Below are positions 57,527 to 64,000 of a stretch of 64,000 nucleotides of DNA, piece after piece. Source of the stretch: an uncultured Clostridia bacterium (GTDB lineage Bacteria; Bacillota; Clostridia; TANB77; CAG-508); NCBI GenBank assembly GCA_944393375.1, contig CALXZX010000006.1, positions 1,366 through 65,365 of the forward strand. Direction: 5' to 3'. The translations under genes and the position numbers were made by a program. The notes beneath the pieces were generated by a model, which made no database searches, was not told the DNA's origin, and saw only the letters and a program-made list of their open reading frames with translations. Numbering within the stretch: the stretch's first letter is position 1; the number at the start of each line of letters is the position of its first letter.

Positions 57527-57631
57527 ATGGCGGTCTTAACTTTGCAGGATTTAATTGACCAGGGTGAAATTCTTGGTCAGAACTCCAGCGAAGAAACATG
57601 GGAAGAAAACCTTCCTAAGGAAGGGGAATAA
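57527..57631 (+). CDS. Candidate 34-aa acidic sORF in a G+C-richer island
   Basis: AAAGGGG lies 9 nt before the ATG. Translation is MAVLTLQDLIDQGEILGQNSSEETWEENLPKEGE. Codons GCG/GTC/CAG/GAC/TCC/AGC are atypical here. Too short for the ORF track. Confidence 0.35.
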   Translation: MAVLTLQDLIDQGEILGQNSSEETWEENLPKEGE

Positions 57632-57682
57632 CCCACGTTCTTTGAGACAATCAGCCCATTTGCTGAAAGCCTCATTTATGTA

Positions 57683-57735
57683 GCAAAAGCAAGTTATCCT
57701 CATTTGGGTAACTTGCTTTTGCCATTTTATATGTT
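57683..57735 (+). terminator. Intrinsic terminator of the 57.4-kb island
   Basis: 14-bp perfect stem GCAAAAGCAAGTTA (57683-57696) / TAACTTGCTTTTGC (57709-57722), then CATTTTATATGTTTT. Confidence 0.75.
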
Positions 57736-57852
57736 TTCTGTATGAAAAATCATAAAACAATTGAAAAAATGAAGGAATATATATATAATATTTGTGTTAA
57801 AAAAGTAGAAATACTAAAAAATAAGATATAAAATTAGGAGAGGTAAATAAAT

Positions 57853-58713
57853 ATGGATACAGAATTTCAAGAATTTCTAAATAAAGATATTGGTTTTGCT
57901 AATACATTAAAAAATAGAAAAATGAAATTGTTAAATGAAATAAAAGAAAGTATCACAAAAGACAAAGAATTTTTTGAACAAGCTATGGATATAGATTTCA
58001 AAAAATGGAAAAAGAAAATGGATTTAGATGTATTTTCTAAAATAATGGATGAATATATAGAAATGGAAAAAAAGAATCATACTGCAATGATAGAAGAAGG
58101 AAATACACAAATAGAAAAAATAGTGTTAAGCTACTATGGAAATCCATATGTAACATTGATTCTATGCATCCAAGCAATTATCTATCAAAAGCAATTATTA
58201 TTAGAAACAGGAGAATTTATGCTATCTACTAATACCTTTATTGTGAATATGGTAAATCAAATATTAAAAGAGAATCATCTCCCTAAACTGTTGATACATT
58301 GTATAGAAATCGTAGATAAAAGAGCTATTATTGAAAAAGAAATCAAAACAATCATTATTGGTGCTACTCAGAACAAAGCAGAATATTTTGGAAAATATAT
58401 TTATATACCATATAACAATTATATTATCTATTGTGCAGAAGAAGAATTAGAAGAATTGAGTAAAAACATTTATGATTATGCATGTAATAATTTTTTTGAA
58501 GCAGAAGTCTTATTCGAAGAAGATATCGAAGAATCTATAGAGATAATCAATCTTCAAAAAGATTGTATTGCAGTCATATTAACCAAAGATACAAATTTAC
58601 AAAATCTGTTTAGAGAAAAAATAAGAAACAAATTATATATTAATGAAAATCCATTTTCAAAAGAAGAAGTTAATATTCCTGTTGATTGTTTAGAAGTGAA
58701 ACAAGAAAAGTAA
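57853..58713 (+). CDS. Hypothetical protein (286 aa); weak resemblance to the core of gamma-glutamyl phosphate reductase (ProA/ALDH fold) with the motifs substituted
   Basis: EKIVLSYYGNPYVTLILCIQAIIYQKQLLLETGEFMLSTN...LPKLLIHCIEIVDKRAII...IIIGAT parallels GvIgiIYESRPNVT.da..L.lKSGNavILRGG.Ea..SN...lP..av.lve..dR..v...iIPRG from memory. Confidence 0.3.
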   Translation: MDTEFQEFLNKDIGFANTLKNRKMKLLNEIKESITKDKEFFEQAMDIDFKKWKKKMDLDVFSKIMDEYIEMEKKNHTAMIEEGNTQIEKIVLSYYGNPYVTLILCIQAIIYQKQLLLETGEFMLSTNTFIVNMVNQILKENHLPKLLIHCIEIVDKRAIIEKEIKTIIIGATQNKAEYFGKYIYIPYNNYIIYCAEEELEELSKNIYDYACNNFFEAEVLFEEDIEESIEIINLQKDCIAVILTKDTNLQNLFREKIRNKLYINENPFSKEEVNIPVDCLEVKQEK

Positions 58714-58874
58714 AAAAATGAATTTTTTACTTTTCTAACAATAAACATAATAAAAAACGACAAAAGGATTGAAAATATGAGCAAATTCATATATAATACA
58801 AGTATTCAAAATGAGATGACATAAAAGGGACTGGGTAACCAAAAAAACCTAAATATGAAATAAGGGGAATCAAT

Positions 58875-59393
58875 ATGAATGTACTAATCAATGAAACAAG
58901 AATTGAAAAAAGATTGGATGAAATGGCAAAAGAAATAGATAAAGATTACGAAGGAAAAGAAATTATTTTAATTGGTATTTTAAAAGGTTCAGTTGTATTT
59001 ATGGTAGAATTAGCCAAAAGACTAAAAACAAAAGTACAATTTGAATTTATAGAAGTATCTAGTTATGAAGGAACAGAAAGTACAGGAAAAGTAAAGATTG
59101 TGAAAGATATTAAAAATAGTATTGAAGGAAAAGATGTATTAATTATAGAAGATATTATTGATACTGGAACAACTTTGGCATTTTTAAAAGATTATTTGAA
59201 ATTAAAAAGACCAAATAGCTTAAAGATTGCAACTTTGCTTAGTAAGCCATCAAGAAGAATAAAAGAATTAGAAGTAGAATATATTGGATTTAGAATAGAA
59301 GATAAGTTTGTTGTAGGATATGGGTTAGATTATAACCAGAATTATAGAAATCTACCATATATTGGTTATGTAGAAAGTGAAGATGAGTTTTAA
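58875..59393 (+). CDS. hpt: Hypoxanthine(-guanine) phosphoribosyltransferase
   Basis: PRPP-binding VLIIEDIIDTGTTL and FVVGYGLDY motifs. Confidence 0.9.
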   Translation: MNVLINETRIEKRLDEMAKEIDKDYEGKEIILIGILKGSVVFMVELAKRLKTKVQFEFIEVSSYEGTESTGKVKIVKDIKNSIEGKDVLIIEDIIDTGTTLAFLKDYLKLKRPNSLKIATLLSKPSRRIKELEVEYIGFRIEDKFVVGYGLDYNQNYRNLPYIGYVESEDEF

Positions 59394-59566
59394 AAAAGGG
59401 AAAGTTTTCAAGACTTTTCTTTTTTTATTAATAAAATAGTATTAAATTTTAATTTTATGTAAAATTGATATAATAAAAAGAAAAACTACTTTAAAAAATA
59501 GAAATAGCACCCAAAAATTGACTTTATGTAAAGTTATATAGTATAATAGAAAATAGAGGTGAGCAC

Positions 59567-59863
59567 ATGGTAGATACCTATAAAATGGAAATAAAAAAAT
59601 GGATAAATAATTTTACTTGCAAATACAAATTAGTGATGTTCTATATATTACATAGAATGAGTACATAATAGGAAAGTATACAAAGATTTGAAACGATAAA
59701 GGATACTTCAATTCCTATATCAGAGGTATTAAATTATTTAGAAAAAAATACGTAGATAAAGAAAGGTTAATGTTAATCAATTTAAATACCTATACTACAA
59801 TACATTATTGTAACTGAAAGAGTTGTAAAAAACTTAAAAGAATTAAATCAAATGGTTTGTTAA
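59567..59863 (+). pseudogene. Decayed HxlR/wHTH-type regulator (single frame, six in-frame stops)
   Basis: One frame reads MVDTYKMEIKKWINNFTCKYKLVMFYILHRMST**ESIQRFETIKDTSIPISEVLNYLEKNT*IKKG*C*SI*IPILQYIIVTERVVKNLKELNQMVC*. RF.E.....IpgIS..vL...L..LE..G and veY.(L/I)TE.G blocks occur in HxlR order. Promoter TTGACT-18-TATAAT at 59518-59547 and an AGAGGTGA RBS. Confidence 0.45.
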
Positions 59864-59943
59864 AAGTAAGAATCATTAACATATATAATATGTAGGAGAA
59901 AATAAGATATAACAGAGATATATAGTAGATTGTGAGGTCGAAA

Positions 59944-62838
59944 ATGAAAAATTTAAAAGATATAAGTATTCAAGAATTAGATAATATATGTATTTTACAA
60001 GTTTTAGAAATGGATGTTCCATATGTCATAAAAAATAAATCAAGAGAAGAAATTAAGCAAGATTTAAAAGCAATTATGAGAGATGAAAGAATCAAACGAG
60101 AAGAAAGAAAATATGATAGAAACAAGCAAACTAGGGTAGGAGCACATTTTAGAATGACAGAACAAGAATATGGTGAAAATACGCTTCCACATATGAGAAT
60201 AATAGAATATTTAAAAGAAAATGAAAAAAGTGTTGATAAGAGAAAATTATTATTAATTAGTCTTTATAGATATAAAACGGCTATGGATAATATGAATGAT
60301 ATTCATTATCCTGACAGAGAAAAAATTGAAGAAGGGTTAAAAACAAACCAAAAACTTGCACAAGAGTTATTAAAAGATGAGAAGGATATTATCATTAGCC
60401 GATTGGGAAAACGTAAAAAGGATTACTTTATAGAAATTATTTCAAGTAGTGAACTTTTACATAAGATGCCATCTCAAGGAGAAAGAAAACAAGAAAGAGA
60501 AAGTGTTAAAGCAATAAATACATTATCAGAAAAAGCACTTTTTTCAGCATTTTTGATAGTAAACAATTATGTAGAGGATAGAAAAGAATTTGCTAAAAAA
60601 GAAGATTTAATTACGCAAGTGATAGAAGTAATGAAAGCAAAAGCAAATGATAAAGGTACTTTAACACAGGAAGATATAGATGCATTCGAATATCCAGAAA
60701 AGTATATAATGGAATATCCACTAGAAAGAAAAGCAGAAATATTGTATCCAGGAGTAAGAAAGGTTCTTGAAGGACTAGAAAAATATATTTATATAGATAA
60801 AGTATGCTTGTATACAATTATGAAAGCTATCCAAATATCAGAAAATGGAAATATGTATTTTAATGCTGGAAATCAGATTGACCCCAAAAAGAAGCCAGAT
60901 GGAGATTATTTAGACATAGAAACCTATTTACCGGAATTTTATTCTGTAATAAAAGGAAAAAAAGTAGAAATTACACTTGATGGGAAAACATATACCACTG
61001 AGGATGCTGAAAAAGCCATGGAAAAATATGCGAATGGAAGATATATGTCAGATTTTGCAATAAATGATATGATTCAGGAATTATTACAAAGTGGACAACA
61101 AGCATCTGTTATTCCTAAAGAACAATTACAATATATAAGAGAATATATTACAATTCATAGAGGTGTGATGTCTACAAGTGAATTAAAATATATGATACGT
61201 ATTGGATTATTAACAGGACAAGATGTTTTAAAAATGTACGAAAATCGAAAACGTAGTTTAGAAAATGTGTTAGCAATTCAAGAAGATATGGACTTGAAAG
61301 AATTTCTAACACCTGCATATATCGTAGAAAAATTTAGTGAATTAGAAAATCTAAATGATGAAGAACATGCATATGAGAAAGAAACCATCAAAAGATATTT
61401 GAATTTGTATAAAGCATTATATTTAGAAGGAAAATCAGAAGAAGACTTAGAAAAAGCAGGAAAAGAGTTGATAGAAGAATTAAAAAAATCAGAAAAAGAA
61501 CATGATGAAAGAACAGAATCCAGAAAACAAGAAGGATTATTAAGATATGGATTAATTTCTGAAAGAACATATGCGCTATTAGCTTCTAAAGGAATGATAA
61601 GGTCAGAGGATTTTATGAGCATGTACCAGAAAGATGTTATTCGTTTGAAAACAATAGAGCAATTAAAAGAAGATGGAATTCATTTTGATAATGTTGATAT
61701 AGAAGCATATATCATAGATAGTTATATGAAAATAAGAGAAAATGAAAATTCTGATAAAACAGAGTTGAAGAAGTATATTGCATTATATAAGGTTTTAACA
61801 TTAAAAGAATTATCAGAAGAAGAAATAAATGAAAAAGCAAATGATTTGGTAATGAACATTGGAACAAGGATAGAAAGTGACATAGAAGCTGGAAAACAAA
61901 TAAAACCATTTGGAAAAGAAGATAGAAAAAGTTTGTATGACCTAGAAGCAATTCCGATAGATACAGTTGTACTTTGGGCAGATAAAGGAGAATTAATAGA
62001 GCTTTTAAAGAGTGAATTTTTAGTTCCTAAAGACATGAGAAAACTATATCAACAAAACAATATTATTTTACATGATATACAAGAAATCATAGAGTCTCAA
62101 GATGTGAAATTAGAGCAAAAAATAGCTATCATTAATATTGTATTTCCATCACCAGAAGATGCTGAAATAAGAGAGATGCTATTTGGAAAAATAACAGAAT
62201 TAGATGAAACTGTGGTTTCTGAAAAGGAATCCACACATAGAGAAGTAAAACAAAAACATGGTGGTGCAAAACCCCAATATCATAAACATATATTTGATAC
62301 AGCAGTTCGATATAATAGCTGGATACAATCAGATGAAAATGTAAAAATGGAAATTTTAAATGATGGACATATTGCTGTGCATTTACCAAATGTAAAAGAC
62401 GGGCTTGCTGTCATGGAACAATTTTATAAACTAAAAACAGCAAAAGATGGAAAGAAAAAAATGGAAGATGCATGGGGTGTGGGAGGTTTTGTATTACCAG
62501 AAGATGATTATCAAGAAAACAAAAATCGATTTATTACCAAGGATCATCGTGTTAAACGTCAACAGTTAGGAAAGGTTGTAAAAGAATTAGCACCAAAGCT
62601 AGAAGCAAAAGGAATATCTGGAAATTTGCACCATCGTCAAAATTATCCAGAGTTAGTACAAAAACTAATAGGAATGCCAGTAGGCTTAGCAAAAGCAAAA
62701 ACGGAAGAAGATAGACAAAAGGCAATCAAAACGTTGAAAGATAGTAAACAATATTCATCTGCAGAAATGAAAAGAATGGAAGAAGTCAGTCAAGCTTGGC
62801 AAAAAGTAAGAGAGAGTAGAAGAATTTACGAAAAATAA
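59944..62838 (+). CDS. Large orphan cytoplasmic protein (964 aa), predicted mostly helical, no recognisable motif
   Basis: A GAGG RBS precedes the ATG at 59944 (the ORF opens at a GTG at 59932). Host-like codon usage. No TM segment, signal peptide, Walker or nuclease motif seen. Confidence 0.65.
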   Translation: MKNLKDISIQELDNICILQVLEMDVPYVIKNKSREEIKQDLKAIMRDERIKREERKYDRNKQTRVGAHFRMTEQEYGENTLPHMRIIEYLKENEKSVDKRKLLLISLYRYKTAMDNMNDIHYPDREKIEEGLKTNQKLAQELLKDEKDIIISRLGKRKKDYFIEIISSSELLHKMPSQGERKQERESVKAINTLSEKALFSAFLIVNNYVEDRKEFAKKEDLITQVIEVMKAKANDKGTLTQEDIDAFEYPEKYIMEYPLERKAEILYPGVRKVLEGLEKYIYIDKVCLYTIMKAIQISENGNMYFNAGNQIDPKKKPDGDYLDIETYLPEFYSVIKGKKVEITLDGKTYTTEDAEKAMEKYANGRYMSDFAINDMIQELLQSGQQASVIPKEQLQYIREYITIHRGVMSTSELKYMIRIGLLTGQDVLKMYENRKRSLENVLAIQEDMDLKEFLTPAYIVEKFSELENLNDEEHAYEKETIKRYLNLYKALYLEGKSEEDLEKAGKELIEELKKSEKEHDERTESRKQEGLLRYGLISERTYALLASKGMIRSEDFMSMYQKDVIRLKTIEQLKEDGIHFDNVDIEAYIIDSYMKIRENENSDKTELKKYIALYKVLTLKELSEEEINEKANDLVMNIGTRIESDIEAGKQIKPFGKEDRKSLYDLEAIPIDTVVLWADKGELIELLKSEFLVPKDMRKLYQQNNIILHDIQEIIESQDVKLEQKIAIINIVFPSPEDAEIREMLFGKITELDETVVSEKESTHREVKQKHGGAKPQYHKHIFDTAVRYNSWIQSDENVKMEILNDGHIAVHLPNVKDGLAVMEQFYKLKTAKDGKKKMEDAWGVGGFVLPEDDYQENKNRFITKDHRVKRQQLGKVVKELAPKLEAKGISGNLHHRQNYPELVQKLIGMPVGLAKAKTEEDRQKAIKTLKDSKQYSSAEMKRMEEVSQAWQKVRESRRIYEK

Positions 62839-62891
62839 ATAAAACATTTGGCATGAAAGCAATGATGTGATATACTATATAAAGTAGATAA

Positions 62892-62926
62892 AAAGAAAGA
62901 CTTATAAGATATAAGTCTTTCTTTTC
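62892..62926 (+). terminator. Intrinsic terminator after the 964-aa gene
   Basis: AAAGAAAGACTTAT / ATAAGTCTTTCTTT stem with a T-rich 3' side. Confidence 0.75.
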
Positions 62927-62956
62927 ATCATAAATGTCATAAAGGAATGGAATGAA

Positions 62957-64000
62957 ATGTTTGATATAGAAGAAGAATTAAAAAAATTACCAGGAAAACC
63001 TGGCGTATATATTATGCATGATAAAGATGATAACATTATTTATGTTGGAAAAGCGATTTCATTAAAAAATAGAGTTAGACAATATTTCAGAAAAACGAAT
63101 AAAACAGCTAGAATTGAAAAAATGGTTTCTTTAATCGACCATTTTGAATATATTGTGGTAGATAATGAGGCAGAAGCTTTAATTTTAGAATGTAATTTAA
63201 TCAAAAAAAATAGACCTAAATTTAATGTATTATTAAAAGATGATAAAACATATCCGTATATAAAAATTGATGTAAAATCAGAATATCCAGGAGTCTATTA
63301 TACAAGAAGAATCATTAATGATGGTTCAAAATATTTTGGACCATATGCCAATCCAGGGGCAGCAAAAGAAATGCTAGATTTTATCAAAGAAAGATATAAA
63401 ATCCATCAATGCAGAACATTAAAAGAAAGAACAAGGCCATGCTTAAATTACCATATAGGTAGATGTTTGGCACCATGTATGGGAAATGTGGATAAAGAAG
63501 AATATCGAAAACAAGTCAATGAAATTATTGATTTATTAGAAGGAAAAACAGACAAAGTTTTAAAAGATTTAGATTTACAAATGCAAGAAGCATCTCAAAA
63601 AATGGAATATGAAAAAGCAGCATATTTAAGAGATAGAAAACAAGCAATTGAAAGAGCTTCAGCCAAACAAAAAGTATCTAATATATCTGAAAATAGCATT
63701 GATGTAATTGGAATTGCAAAATCAGATTTAGAAGTTTGTGTAGAAATCTTTTTCGTAAGAGGAAGTAAAATGATAGGTAGAGAACAATACTTCTATAAGG
63801 ATTTAAAAGATATGGAAGATAAAGAAATTCTTTCAGGATTTATCAAACAATATTATTTTGATAACCCAAACATTCCTAGTAAAATTATGATAAGAGAAGA
63901 AATAGAAGATAAAGAAGCAATTGAAAGTTGGTTATCCACAGAATTAGGAAAAAAAGTGGAAATCAAATCTCCTAAAAAAGGTGAAAAATTAAGATTTGTA
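62957..64000 (+). CDS. uvrC: Excinuclease ABC subunit C, N-terminal 348 codons (3' end outside window)
   Basis: MFDIEEELKKLPGKPGVYIMHDKDDNIIYVGKAISLKNRVRQYF is the GIY-YIG domain, followed by a UVR domain (EYEKAAYLRDRKQAIE). Open to the window end, so absent from the ORF track. Confidence 0.9.
   Translation, partial: MFDIEEELKKLPGKPGVYIMHDKDDNIIYVGKAISLKNRVRQYFRKTNKTARIEKMVSLIDHFEYIVVDNEAEALILECNLIKKNRPKFNVLLKDDKTYPYIKIDVKSEYPGVYYTRRIINDGSKYFGPYANPGAAKEMLDFIKERYKIHQCRTLKERTRPCLNYHIGRCLAPCMGNVDKEEYRKQVNEIIDLLEGKTDKVLKDLDLQMQEASQKMEYEKAAYLRDRKQAIERASAKQKVSNISENSIDVIGIAKSDLEVCVEIFFVRGSKMIGREQYFYKDLKDMEDKEILSGFIKQYYFDNPNIPSKIMIREEIEDKEAIESWLSTELGKKVEIKSPKKGEKLRFV

Noticed and set aside
57515-57585. 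TPP-riboswitch-like GGGGCUGAGA and FMN/cobalamin-like CAGGGUGAAAUUC words
   Set aside because: These are isolated short matches. The other obligatory conserved blocks (ACCC...AACCUGAUC...GGGA for TPP; GACAGU/UGGAUG for FMN; the B12 box) are absent. The words also fall inside the candidate sORF.
57551-57760. 69-aa minus-strand ORF in the 57.4-kb island
   Set aside because: It has no RBS, it reads through the 14-bp terminator stem, and the + strand has a promoter, RBS and terminator in the correct order.
421-59540. TTATGTAAA shared by the spacers of several promoters (428, 38402, 46983, 59456, 59524) as a common operator
   Set aside because: An A/T-rich 8-9-mer is expected many times by chance in 64 kb of this composition, and it also occurs in non-promoter contexts. 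It is kept only as a side note under cassette 1 and needs a genome-wide enrichment test.
1-64000. Search for tRNA/rRNA genes, CRISPR arrays, integrases/IS elements, sortase, restriction-modification or known defence genes
   Set aside because: I recognised none on either strand. The only mobile-like trace is the degenerate Rpn-like ORF at 27275. Absence is judged by eye only and should be confirmed with tRNAscan, Infernal, ISEScan and DefenseFinder.

Overview
Very AT-rich chromosomal segment, most likely from an endospore-forming Firmicute. The Clostridia-like assignment rests on gene content (cwlD, a pdaB-like deacetylase, bofA, yaaL, a dacF-like carboxypeptidase, comEC), an AGA/TTA/GCA/ATA codon habit, TGnTATAAT extended -10 promoters and AGGAGG ribosome-binding sites. 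There are about 50 genes, strongly biased to the + strand and mostly housekeeping: tuf (3' end), plsX-acpP, lspA-rluD-rluB, a NitT/TauT-type ABC importer, comEC, pgsA, a ClpC-like ATPase, htrA, rnhB, pdp, cdaA, truA, glmS with its ribozyme, hpt and uvrC (5' end). I saw no rRNA, tRNA, CRISPR array, intact IS/transposase or recognisable defence system. Six things stand out. (1) A 12-kb accessory locus (5.2-17.1 kb) holds two tandem giant surface proteins. Each starts with a candidate Cys-Gln thioester domain, carries DUF11-like (and in gene 2 CnaB-type) stalk repeats, and ends in a non-LPXTG SIETG + TM + KK tail. The two genes share a 1.85-kb near-identical 3' direct repeat. (2) Four short, compositionally foreign mini-cassettes (G+C-richer, different codon habit) sit in intergenic spacers at 0.4, 38.4, 47.0 and 57.4 kb. 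Each consists of a promoter, RBS, small ORF and GC-rich hairpin. (3) Two +1 frameshifts (cwlD, comEC) are both repaired by deleting a C directly 5' of GGT. (4) A two-gene insertion of unknown function splits the ABC importer operon. (5) An orphan, multi-TM VirD4/TraG-like coupling ATPase has no T4SS or relaxase partners. (6) A 964-aa orphan cytoplasmic protein is preceded by a decayed HxlR-like regulator. I cannot name a complete novel multi-gene system with confidence; the candidates are ranked in the findings. All family assignments come from motif recognition by eye, not from database searches.
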